Sequence record: KJ019095.1 | Direction: 5' to 3' (one strand) | Length of the DNA: 64,000 nt | Shown here: positions 36,525 to 45,449 of the stretch, piece by piece | How positions within the stretch are numbered: the stretch's first letter is position 1 | How the letters are laid out: every line of letters begins with the position of its first letter | The notes under the pieces: generated by a model | Told to the model about the DNA's origin: nothing | The model's input: the letters and a program-made list of their open reading frames with translations, nothing else | The model's database searches: none | Made by a program: the position numbers and the translations under genes

Positions 36525-37714
36525 CAAAGATTACAAATGGATATACGTGGCCTCTTATGAAGGACACTGTGACCAAAAGAGATAGGTTGAGGATGGCAAA
36601 GTTTATCCTCACCAGTGATAGACTAACACAAGGTAAAGAAGTTCGTAAGTTTGAGGAGCAGTGGAGTGAGTGGCTTGGAGTTAAACATTCTCTTTTTGTT
36701 AGCAGTGGCAGTACCGCTAACCTACTTCTTGTGTCTGCTTGGAAGGAATTATACGAGATCCCAGACCAGTCGAAAGTAATTGTACCTGCTTGTACTTGGG
36801 TAACTAACGTTGCTCCTATTATCCAGTGTGGATTGACTCCAGTCTTTTGTGATATCAATCTAGAAGATTACTCTTTTGATTTGGATAAACTACAAGAACT
36901 ACGTGATGAATATCACGATGACATCAGAGGTATCTTTGTTACTCACCTCCTAGGATTTCCTGCTAATGTGGAAAAGTTTCGTGATGTTTTCCCCGACGCT
37001 CATATTCTAGAAGATGTATGTGAGAGTCACGGAGCAGTCCTCCCTAGTGGTGATAAGGCGGGAACCTTTGATGTTGGTGGCACATTTAGTTTCTACTTTG
37101 GGCACCACATGACTACCATTGAAGGTGGTATGGTGAGTACTAATGATCCAGAACTCTATGATCTAATGAGAATGAAGCGTTCTCATGGGTTAGCGAGAGA
37201 ATCACTATACTTTGAAACATACAAAGAGAAGTATCCTGATGTAAATCCACAGTTTCTCTTCGTTACTGAGGGATATAACTTCCGTAATACTGATCTAGCT
37301 GCTGTATTAGGACAGTCTCAACTGAAGAGACTAGACAGTATGATTGGGATTCGTAACAGGAACTATGAGTTATACCAACAATTACTAAAGAAACACGAAC
37401 ATGACCTTACACATGAGTATGGTGGTTCTTTCTATATCCCCTCCACACAGGGGGATGTAAGTAGTTTCTGTTTTCCATTTGTAGTTGATAATATGCACTG
37501 CTATCTTAAGTTAAAAGAACTTCTAGAAGAATACTATGTTGAGTATCGACCTATTGTGAGTGGTAACCTCCTACGACAACCATTCTTGAGAGAATATTCT
37601 GCTGAGTGTCCCAAGGCAGATATAGCCCATGAAAAGGGACTATATATTGGGAATAATCACTTTGTAGATGAGTCTAACTTTCACATGCTAGATGAGATTT
37701 TGAGCCAACTTTGA
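36521..37714 (+). CDS. DegT-fold PLP enzyme of ColD type (GDP-4-keto-6-deoxymannose 3-dehydratase-like)
   Basis: SSGSTAN, EDVCESHGA, SFYFGHHMTTIEGG with His at the usual Lys position. Confidence 0.85.
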   Translation: MTKITNGYTWPLMKDTVTKRDRLRMAKFILTSDRLTQGKEVRKFEEQWSEWLGVKHSLFVSSGSTANLLLVSAWKELYEIPDQSKVIVPACTWVTNVAPIIQCGLTPVFCDINLEDYSFDLDKLQELRDEYHDDIRGIFVTHLLGFPANVEKFRDVFPDAHILEDVCESHGAVLPSGDKAGTFDVGGTFSFYFGHHMTTIEGGMVSTNDPELYDLMRMKRSHGLARESLYFETYKEKYPDVNPQFLFVTEGYNFRNTDLAAVLGQSQLKRLDSMIGIRNRNYELYQQLLKKHEHDLTHEYGGSFYIPSTQGDVSSFCFPFVVDNMHCYLKLKELLEEYYVEYRPIVSGNLLRQPFLREYSAECPKADIAHEKGLYIGNNHFVDESNFHMLDEILSQL

Positions 37715-37715
37715 T

Positions 37716-38510
37716 ATGACATTTTCATTTAATCATATGGGCAACTTGGGGCATCTGGGAAACCAGATGTTTCAGTATGCCGCACTCATTGGTATGGGGG
37801 CTAAGCATGGGAGGAGTATTTGTATCCCCCATAAACAAAGTTTTGGGCAATCATACTACCAGGATCTTCGTAGTAATATCTACGATGCTTTCAACCTCTC
37901 ACCCAATGGTGTAGGTATCAGTAGGTTCCCCACAGTTCAGGAAGGTAGTTTCCACTTTGATGGAAACTTATTTGAGAACCCACCAGAGGAGAACTGTAAC
38001 CTCTATGGATTCTTCCAGAGTGAAAAGTGGTTCTCACATATTAAAGAAGGTATTAGGAAAGAGTTCACTCTAAAGGATGAGTACCGGGAAGTGGCACAAC
38101 TGATGAGAGAACAACTCTCTGGTCAGGTTGTTGCTATTCATGTTCGTAGAACTGACTACCTATCCAATCCAAACCACGGAGCATTGGGTTTAGATTACTA
38201 TGAGAAGGCACTGGAGTTGGTTCCTAATAACCTTACAGTAGTTGTATTCACTGATGATCCAGAGTGGGCTAAAGAACAACCACTCTTTCCAGATGATAGG
38301 TTCTTTGTATCAGAGACAGACTGTCCCTATACAGACCTTGCTCTTATGAGTATGTGTGATTATCATATTATTGCCAACAGTTCATACTCTTGGTGGGGTG
38401 CATACTTATCTGATAGTAAGAAAGTAATTGCTCCTAAACAGTGGTTTGGGGAACCACTTAAAACAAATAACCTGAAAGATCTTTATTGTGATGGGTGGGT
38501 GAAACTATGA
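37716..38510 (+). CDS. GT11 alpha-1,2-fucosyl/colitosyltransferase
   Basis: GHLGNQMFQYA, GFFQSE, HVRRTDY, NSSYSWWGAYL. Confidence 0.92.
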   Translation: MTFSFNHMGNLGHLGNQMFQYAALIGMGAKHGRSICIPHKQSFGQSYYQDLRSNIYDAFNLSPNGVGISRFPTVQEGSFHFDGNLFENPPEENCNLYGFFQSEKWFSHIKEGIRKEFTLKDEYREVAQLMREQLSGQVVAIHVRRTDYLSNPNHGALGLDYYEKALELVPNNLTVVVFTDDPEWAKEQPLFPDDRFFVSETDCPYTDLALMSMCDYHIIANSSYSWWGAYLSDSKKVIAPKQWFGEPLKTNNLKDLYCDGWVKL

Positions 38511-39130
38511 GTAACTTTGCAAGTGCTAAACAGTTTATCAAGAATGGTATTGATACACAACAGGAGTCTATCTCTGGTGGTGGCAGCACTATGGCTTCCA
38601 CAGTTGCCTTCAGATACTTCCTACCAAAGTATATCAAACAGTATGGTATTGAGAGTATCTTAGACATTGGGTGTGGTGACTGGCATTGGATGTCTACTAT
38701 CAGAGAAGAGTTTCCTGATGTAGACTATGAGGGATGGGATGCCTCTGAGGATATGATTAATCCCATGACTGAGAAGTATGGAACAGAGAATACCAGGTTT
38801 GAGGTAAAGGATATCATTGATAACAAGTATCCCAAAGTGGATTTGGTTATCGCTCGTGATGTTCTATTCCACCTCAAAGAAGATTACCTAAAGAAGGTTC
38901 TCAAGAATATCAGTAAGGCAGGTGTGAAGTATCTACTAGCAACTACCTTCCCAGGTTTACCTAAGAACGAAGAACTCACTCCTAAGAAATATGACGGTTG
39001 GGGATTCAGACCAATCAATCTGGATATCGAGCCTTATAATATGAAAGATTATTGTATCAATGATTTCAAGGAAACCACAGCCCCCAACAGGGGGTATCAT
39101 CGTCATGTGTATTTGTATGAGGTAAAATGA
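38507..39130 (+). CDS. class I SAM-dependent methyltransferase
   Basis: SGGGS, ILDIGCGD, DLVIARDVLFH. Confidence 0.85.
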   Translation: MSNFASAKQFIKNGIDTQQESISGGGSTMASTVAFRYFLPKYIKQYGIESILDIGCGDWHWMSTIREEFPDVDYEGWDASEDMINPMTEKYGTENTRFEVKDIIDNKYPKVDLVIARDVLFHLKEDYLKKVLKNISKAGVKYLLATTFPGLPKNEELTPKKYDGWGFRPINLDIEPYNMKDYCINDFKETTAPNRGYHRHVYLYEVK

Positions 39131-39279
39131 AGATCGAAATTGAACTCTCTAAAGATGTAGAATACAAAGGAGAGAAACTAGGTGAGTATATCTGGAACCT
39201 AGAAGAGGGAATTAATCATGTTACTGGTTTTGGTGATTCACTTGAGGAATGTTTTAAGGAAATTGTGAGGTTTAGATGA
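39127..39279 (+). CDS. 50-aa hypothetical protein
   Basis: Manual translation; ATGA overlaps at both ends. Confidence 0.6.
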   Translation: MKIEIELSKDVEYKGEKLGEYIWNLEEGINHVTGFGDSLEECFKEIVRFR

Positions 39280-40007
39280 AGAAAGTAGCTATTATCTTTA
39301 TTGGAACAGGTAGATACCTAGAGTTTCTACCAAAGTATTATGAACAGGCAGAAGCAAACCTCTTCCCTGACAGACCCAAACACTACTATGTGTTTACTGA
39401 TGGTGACTTAGGTAATGAACTACCTGACAATGTAACTGTATACGAACAGGAACATCTCCAATGGCCATACATCACCCTCTATCGTTTCGGTATTATCCAG
39501 AAACACCTAGAGGAGATTGAGAAGGAGTGTGGTTTCCTACTCTTTATGGATGCTGATACACAGGTAGTATCCCCTGTATCGTTCGATGAAGTATTCAGGA
39601 AGGGAAAACCCTATACAGGTGTTCATCACCCCTGCCACGCCCTGAATATGCCACCACACAATGAGTTTCCTGGTAGTCTAGAAACTAATACAGCATCCAA
39701 GGCAGCATGTAAACCTGGTGATGACTTCTCTGTATATTGGCAAGGTTGTGTATGGGGTGGAAACATAAAGGGTGCTCGTAAGATTATTGATACTCTCCAC
39801 CACAGAACTAAACAAGATGAGGAGAATGGAATCATTGCCAAGTGGCATGATGAAAGTCATATCAATAGATACTTCCTTGACAACAAAGATAAGGTGAATA
39901 CCCTATCACCTAGTTTCGCATACCCAGAGTCCTTCACTGAGTATATGGAAGACTACGAACCTAAGATTGTACACCTAGCAAAAGAGAATTCTAAGTATCA
40001 GGTATGA
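39276..40007 (+). CDS. GT6 (ABO-like) glycosyltransferase
   Basis: IGTGRY, YYVFTD, WPYITLYRF, DAD, HP, WHDESHIN. Confidence 0.92.
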   Translation: MKKVAIIFIGTGRYLEFLPKYYEQAEANLFPDRPKHYYVFTDGDLGNELPDNVTVYEQEHLQWPYITLYRFGIIQKHLEEIEKECGFLLFMDADTQVVSPVSFDEVFRKGKPYTGVHHPCHALNMPPHNEFPGSLETNTASKAACKPGDDFSVYWQGCVWGGNIKGARKIIDTLHHRTKQDEENGIIAKWHDESHINRYFLDNKDKVNTLSPSFAYPESFTEYMEDYEPKIVHLAKENSKYQV

Positions 40008-40627
40008 GTTACTTCACAGATTATGACAACGAATTCACAGTATTCGAGGCACCAAAGAACGGGGGAACTACTCTCCGTCTTTGGATATACTACGCAGGAA
40101 CAGGGGAGTTGGTGAAGTCAGCGGAGTCTGAATACTACGCTGGCACTGGAGAAACATACAAACAACTCCAAGAGTGGGGTTATGTGAATGGGGAATACGA
40201 GAACCCCAAGACCCAGATGGTATGTATCAAGAGAGACCCTGTAGATAGGTTTGTAAGTGCCTTCTATGATAAGGTAATCAAAGAGGGGAGAATCAAAGTA
40301 ACCATCGATGAGTTTCTCTCAAACTATGAAGAGATACTTGATAAGTCTACCCTCAAGATGAATGATGGTAAGACTAACTTCATGAAGTTTCACTTTGAGT
40401 CACAGACATATCACTTCGGTAAAGATAAAGATCTATATCATAAGGTCTTTGATATCTCAGAGGTTGGTACTGGTCTGAAGAAGTATCTGGAGGGTAAGTG
40501 GAATATAGAACTACCTGATGTCCATGCTAGAAATAGTGGTGGTGGTCGGAAGTTTGATCTCTCCAGGGGACAACTGAATAAGGTGAAGGAAATCTACACA
40601 CAGGACTATTATAATGGCTGGTACTGA
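40004..40627 (+). CDS. sulfotransferase family protein
   Basis: PKNGGTT (5'PSB), RDPVDRFVSAF (3'PB). Confidence 0.85.
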   Translation: MSYFTDYDNEFTVFEAPKNGGTTLRLWIYYAGTGELVKSAESEYYAGTGETYKQLQEWGYVNGEYENPKTQMVCIKRDPVDRFVSAFYDKVIKEGRIKVTIDEFLSNYEEILDKSTLKMNDGKTNFMKFHFESQTYHFGKDKDLYHKVFDISEVGTGLKKYLEGKWNIELPDVHARNSGGGRKFDLSRGQLNKVKEIYTQDYYNGWY

Positions 40628-41399
40628 AGGATATATCCTGATAGGTATTGGTGATAGGTATCTACAGATGACAGAGAACCTCACTAAAACTCTAAAGAAA
40701 CATGGAGATAATAGAGGATCCCTAACTATCACAAGATCGGATAATAGGGAACTCTATAGTGAGTGTAACACTGAGTTTGAGAGGAATGGAACTCTACCTA
40801 AGATTACCTTAGACAGATACTTACCTTTTGATCACAATATATTCCTAGATGCTGATATGTTATGTGTAGGTGATACACAACATGTATGGGATCTATTCAG
40901 GAGTAGTGATCAGTTTGTTCAACAGGTAGGATGTTTGGGAAGAGATCCTAACTTCCACGCTCACCAGTATGAGAGTGAGTTGGGTTTTGAGATTCCTAGA
41001 GTCCATGGTGGTTGTATCTACATCAATAGAGAGAAACTAGACCCAGGGTTCTTTCCCTATATGAGAGAGTGTTTCCTAAACTATAAACAAATATTTCATA
41101 ATAGTGGTCTAACCTATAAGAATAGTAGACCAGATCAACCACTATACGCTCTAGCAAATGGTATGTGGGGATTCAAACCTGTGGATCTATACACTAACCC
41201 TATCATGACTATTGTGAATGATAGTACCCCACCCCCACTAGATAGTGTGTTCTTCAATAAGAAGAGGGGTCCTAAGTTAGATACTCCTGTTCCCTTTGTT
41301 CATGTATTCCGTGGAGAAGAGGGTATGTCTAAGGGTTATACTAGAGGTGACCAGAAGATGTTGTTGTCCCATTATGATTACTACCTGAACTATGAATAA
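40614..41399 (+). CDS. GT-A fold glycosyltransferase (GT8-like)
   Basis: NIFLDADML, GG, DQP. Confidence 0.65.
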   Translation: MAGTEGYILIGIGDRYLQMTENLTKTLKKHGDNRGSLTITRSDNRELYSECNTEFERNGTLPKITLDRYLPFDHNIFLDADMLCVGDTQHVWDLFRSSDQFVQQVGCLGRDPNFHAHQYESELGFEIPRVHGGCIYINREKLDPGFFPYMRECFLNYKQIFHNSGLTYKNSRPDQPLYALANGMWGFKPVDLYTNPIMTIVNDSTPPPLDSVFFNKKRGPKLDTPVPFVHVFRGEEGMSKGYTRGDQKMLLSHYDYYLNYE

Positions 41400-42180
41400 A
41401 ACTATATGGATGTGTTGGTTCCAGGGTTGGGATAAGGCACCAGAGATTACAGAGAAGTGTTTAGAGTCCTGGAAACACTACAATAGTGATTGGGATATTG
41501 TTCTACTAGATGAATCCAACTACAAGGATTACATCTCCATTGATAAAGAACTACCAGGACTGAAGACAAACTATATCTCACTGGGTGATATCCTTCGTCT
41601 CTTTCTACTAAAAGAGCATGGTGGAGTATGGGCAGATGCAACTATCTTCTGCAACAAACCAGTGGATTGGGTTTTGGATTATGAGGATTCTTTCGTCTTC
41701 ACCAGGAAGGATAAGATGATTGCCTCTTGGTTTGTTGCTGCTCAGAAAGATTCCCATGTTGTAGATGTATGGTATAATAAGATGTTAGAGTTCTGGAAGT
41801 ATCGTATGGAAAATACAGATACTTTCGAGCAACAATATGGTTGGATACACGCTTTGTTCCGTCAGTCCTACGCTCAGGATAAGGGGTTCAGGGATATTGT
41901 AGATAGTATGGATAAGATTGATTGCATGAGTGATGGTCAATCTAGAGGTAAGGGTCCGCACTTCTTTGCACCCTACAGTAAATACTTCTACAACCCTATC
42001 AGTGACACGATAAAGAATCGTATAGACTCTAAAGTTGATCCACTATATAAGTTGTCTTACAAGGCAAACACAGACTGGAGAAGTCCAGAGAACAGGGGTA
42101 TCCACCCAGCAGACCAAAAGATTATGTTGGAATATCCAACTAATAGTGAACTACATTATCTACTCAACACATTAAAATGA
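41392..42180 (+). CDS. capsular polysaccharide synthesis-family (GT32-like) glycosyltransferase
   Basis: TIWMCWFQG, DILRLFLLKEHGGVWADAT. Confidence 0.85.
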   Translation: MNKTIWMCWFQGWDKAPEITEKCLESWKHYNSDWDIVLLDESNYKDYISIDKELPGLKTNYISLGDILRLFLLKEHGGVWADATIFCNKPVDWVLDYEDSFVFTRKDKMIASWFVAAQKDSHVVDVWYNKMLEFWKYRMENTDTFEQQYGWIHALFRQSYAQDKGFRDIVDSMDKIDCMSDGQSRGKGPHFFAPYSKYFYNPISDTIKNRIDSKVDPLYKLSYKANTDWRSPENRGIHPADQKIMLEYPTNSELHYLLNTLK

Positions 42181-43082
42181 CAAATAAATCATTGGTTACC
42201 GGTGGCGCGGGTTTCATCGGGTCACATATTGTGGACCGACTTATTACACTAGGACATCAAGTCGTAGTGATTGACAATGAATCCTCTGATGGTCATGATG
42301 AATACCATTGGAACAGAAGCGGACAAGTACAAAACCATAAGGCAGACATTCGTGACTACGATGCAATCAAACACTTGTTTGGTGGAGTCAATAATGTTTT
42401 TCACCTTGCCGCTAAAGCATCAGTACAGGCGTCAGTAGATAACCCCCTACCAACTATTGCCACACAGGTAATGGGAACCGCCAATGTATTGGAGGCAGCA
42501 CGACAATCTGGTGTGAGTAAGTTTGTATATTCCTCTACTAGTGCTTGTTATGGTAACAACAACCCCATTCCTAATGTAGAAACGATGAGAGAAGATCCTC
42601 TCAACGCCTATGCTATTGGTAAGTTATCTGGGGAACAACTAGTTCGTGCCTATCACTACCTCTATGGTATGAAGACGGTGGCATTCCGTTATACCAATGT
42701 ATATGGGGAGAGGGCAAGACATGTAGGACACTATGCTCCTGCTGTTAGTAAGTTCCTAAAGATGAGAGCACAGGGAGAACCCCTAACTATCTTTGGTGAT
42801 GGTGCCCAACGCCGGGACTTTATTCATGTATCTGATGTAGTCAACGCTAACTGCTGTATTACCTATGAGGAACTAGAGCAGTGGGGTGAGACCTATAACA
42901 TTGGTTATGGTAAGAACTGGAGTATCCAAGAGATCGCAGACTCTATCAGTCAGGAACAGATTCACCTATCTGCTCGTACTGGTGAGATGCGTGAGACCCT
43001 TGCTGATATTGGGAAGGCAAAGGCAGAGTTGATGTGGAAACCAAAGACTGACATCATGGATTGGATTAGGGTACAACTCTGA
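42177..43082 (+). CDS. NAD-dependent nucleotide-sugar epimerase/dehydratase
   Basis: VTGGAGFIGSH, YAIGK, RYTNVYG, RDFIHV. Confidence 0.93.
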   Translation: MTNKSLVTGGAGFIGSHIVDRLITLGHQVVVIDNESSDGHDEYHWNRSGQVQNHKADIRDYDAIKHLFGGVNNVFHLAAKASVQASVDNPLPTIATQVMGTANVLEAARQSGVSKFVYSSTSACYGNNNPIPNVETMREDPLNAYAIGKLSGEQLVRAYHYLYGMKTVAFRYTNVYGERARHVGHYAPAVSKFLKMRAQGEPLTIFGDGAQRRDFIHVSDVVNANCCITYEELEQWGETYNIGYGKNWSIQEIADSISQEQIHLSARTGEMRETLADIGKAKAELMWKPKTDIMDWIRVQL

Positions 43083-43699
43083 TGCCAGTATTTCAGAAGG
43101 ACAACAAGAAAGTTCTATTCATCCATGTTCCCAAGACTGCAGGAAGTTCTGTGAATAAACTCTTTGTGAATAATGGATATGAAATGTCCTACTATTCTGA
43201 GAGTTCTAAAGATCTATACAATGGATTATGTGGACCACAACATCTGGACTCACTTCTATTGGAAGATGAGTTCCAAGATTTCTCTCAGTTTGATTATATC
43301 TTCTCTATCTTCAGAGACCCAGTAGACAGACATCTATCTGAGTTCACCTGGGCACCCTGGGGACTAATGGGTAGAAACATCTACACACCAGAAAGATTTG
43401 ATGAGTGGTGTCCTAAGATATTCAGAGCGTATCAGGACTCACCATATAGGATGGATAATCACATTAGACCTCAACATGAGTTCTATGTCAATGGATGTGA
43501 TGTGTATGACTATGAAAATATCAATACACTCACAGAGAAACTATGTGATAAAATAGGTCTAGATAATAAAGAGATGCCATATGAAAGGTCTTCACGATAT
43601 GATAGTGAGGATTATGTCATCTATGAAGATACTTACAATTGTATTACTGAATTTTACAAAGGAGACTATCAATGGCAAAAGGATTCAGTCCTGTTGTGA
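43082..43699 (+). CDS. sulfotransferase family protein
   Basis: FIHVPKTAGSS, RDPVDR. Confidence 0.85.
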   Translation: MPVFQKDNKKVLFIHVPKTAGSSVNKLFVNNGYEMSYYSESSKDLYNGLCGPQHLDSLLLEDEFQDFSQFDYIFSIFRDPVDRHLSEFTWAPWGLMGRNIYTPERFDEWCPKIFRAYQDSPYRMDNHIRPQHEFYVNGCDVYDYENINTLTEKLCDKIGLDNKEMPYERSSRYDSEDYVIYEDTYNCITEFYKGDYQWQKDSVLL

Positions 43700-44550
43700 C
43701 TAAGGATAAGAACAAGTCCCAGTTCAAACTACAGGGTGTTCCTAGGATTTACTACATCAGTTTAGATGATCATGCTCATCGTCAAGACTATATGGAGTCC
43801 CAGTTTGAAGACTGGGGCATCACTAACTTCGAAAGAATCTCTGCTCATGATGGTAGAGGTGATAATGATCTGAGTGATATTCTCAAAGGATCTTATCCAA
43901 AGATGATGAGTTCTGGTGAGGTTGGTTGTGTAACCTCTCACCTAAAGGCACTAAAACACTGGTTAGATACTACAGAGGGTGAAGAGTTTCTCCTTATGAT
44001 GGAGGATGATTGTGATATCTCCACTGCTTCCCACTGGGGGTTCTCCTGGAGAGAGTTTGTTGGGAATATTCCATCCCATGTAGATTGTGTTCAGTTAGCA
44101 GTTATCAACCCATCAGAACTACATATCAAACTCCATATCAGGTTTGTGAATGATTTCTCCACTGCCTCATACCTAATCCGTAGATCACACGCAGAGAAGT
44201 TAGTTAGACTCTATTGTAGGGGTGATAAGTATAAACTTGATAGTGATATCAAACCCAGAGCAGTTGCTGATGATCTTATCTACAACTCTGGTGTGACTCT
44301 TGCTATGCCTCTATTTGCCTTCAAGATTGCACTAGGTTCCAGTATCCATGATGTCCATATCAATACCTTCCACAAGAGTAGTCATGATGGTATCTGGGAG
44401 TTTTGGAAGAAAACAGCACCAACTATTGAGAACTGGAAACCATTCTTCAACTATGATGCCTATCTGGGAACCCTACCACCCAATGTTGTGGTTCAACAAT
44501 GGCAGCAAAAACAGGAATCCAAAGCAAAAGATTCAGGGGCTTCGCAATAG
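43672..44550 (+). CDS. GT25 glycosyltransferase
   Basis: YYISLD...R, GEVGCVTSH, MEDD. Confidence 0.88.
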   Translation: MAKGFSPVVTKDKNKSQFKLQGVPRIYYISLDDHAHRQDYMESQFEDWGITNFERISAHDGRGDNDLSDILKGSYPKMMSSGEVGCVTSHLKALKHWLDTTEGEEFLLMMEDDCDISTASHWGFSWREFVGNIPSHVDCVQLAVINPSELHIKLHIRFVNDFSTASYLIRRSHAEKLVRLYCRGDKYKLDSDIKPRAVADDLIYNSGVTLAMPLFAFKIALGSSIHDVHINTFHKSSHDGIWEFWKKTAPTIENWKPFFNYDAYLGTLPPNVVVQQWQQKQESKAKDSGASQ

Positions 44551-44594
44551 AACATATATATGTTATAATATTTACATTCACCCATGAGGTTATT

Positions 44595-44714
44595 ATGAAA
44601 TTTGGTTTTACCCCCGAAGCAGAAATCCTAAACGCTCGTTTGGCAATGTTGGGATTCGTTATCGCCGTAGGCACTTACTTGACCACAGGTCAGATTATTC
44701 CAGGAGTTCTTTGA
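44595..44714 (+). CDS. hli: high-light-inducible protein
   Basis: [13 protein letters not shown]. Confidence 0.92.
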   Translation: MKFGFTPEAEILNARLAMLGFVIAVGTYLTTGQIIPGVL

Positions 44715-45007
44715 TGGCGTTTTCTGTAACACTTAGATCACCTACTGGTGAAGATAAAGTTGTAACAGTGGAGGGAGATCAATACATCCTAGATGCCGCA
44801 GAGGAAGCGGGTGTAGATCTCCCATATTCATGTAGAGCTGGTGCTTGTTCATCCTGTGCAGGTAAGATTGTATCTGGAAAGGTGAATCAAGAAGACCAGT
44901 CATTCTTAGATGATGATCAGATCGAAGCAGGTTTCGCACTCTTATGTGTAGCTTATGCCGAATCTGATTGTGTGATTGAGACGGAAAAAGAGGAAACCCT
45001 TTACTGA
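44714..45007 (+). CDS. petF: plant-type [2Fe-2S] ferredoxin
   Basis: [15 protein letters not shown]...LLC. Confidence 0.96.
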   Translation: MAFSVTLRSPTGEDKVVTVEGDQYILDAAEEAGVDLPYSCRAGACSSCAGKIVSGKVNQEDQSFLDDDQIEAGFALLCVAYAESDCVIETEKEETLY

Positions 45008-45012
45008 GACTG

Positions 45013-45162
45013 ATGTCTAATCCAAACGCTCTATATGAAGATATGGAGAAACTGAATGCCCTCTACGAAGAACTTTGTTGGGGGCATAACGATGAACTAC
45101 AGTTTTCCCATGACGGGGAGAGCATTATTATTACCAATAAAACCCAGGAGAAACAAAAATGA
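45013..45162 (+). CDS. 49-aa conserved cyanophage hypothetical protein
   Basis: Manual translation MSNPNALYEDMEKLNALYEELCW...; ATGA overlap with hli. Confidence 0.7.
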   Translation: MSNPNALYEDMEKLNALYEELCWGHNDELQFSHDGESIIITNKTQEKQK

Positions 45163-45368
45163 CAGTAACAACTGAAGATGGTGGACGTACAAACATGTAT
45201 GCTACTGAACCCACTATGTTTATTGATCCTTCTTACACTGAGAAGTATGGTTTAGAAACACACGCGGAACGAGCTGAAACAGCAAACGGGCGTTGGGCAA
45301 TGATTGGATTTGTTTCTGGTATTGTATCCTATGTTATTACTGGTAACTTCTTCTTTGGTGTTATCTAA
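45159..45368 (+). CDS. hli: high-light-inducible protein
   Basis: AETANGRWAMIGF. Confidence 0.92.
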   Translation: MTVTTEDGGRTNMYATEPTMFIDPSYTEKYGLETHAERAETANGRWAMIGFVSGIVSYVITGNFFFGVI

Positions 45369-45374
45369 TATTAG

Positions 45375-45402
45375 AAGGAGGGTTTGATACCCTCCTTTTT
45401 TT
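45375..45402 (+). terminator. intrinsic terminator
   Basis: AAGGAGGGT/ACCCTCCTT plus T-run. Confidence 0.8.
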
Positions 45403-45409
45403 GTGCTCC

Positions 45410-45417
45410 TATAAATA
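45410..45417 (+). promoter_or_regulatory. T4-type late promoter
   Basis: TATAAATA upstream of the tail fibre gene. Confidence 0.8.
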
Positions 45418-45449
45418 CCTTTTAGGCACCCACACACCTTCGTATCAAA

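Noticed and set aside
36521-37714. Perosamine synthase or generic sugar aminotransferase
   Set aside because: Catalytic Lys is replaced by His, as in ColD-type dehydratases
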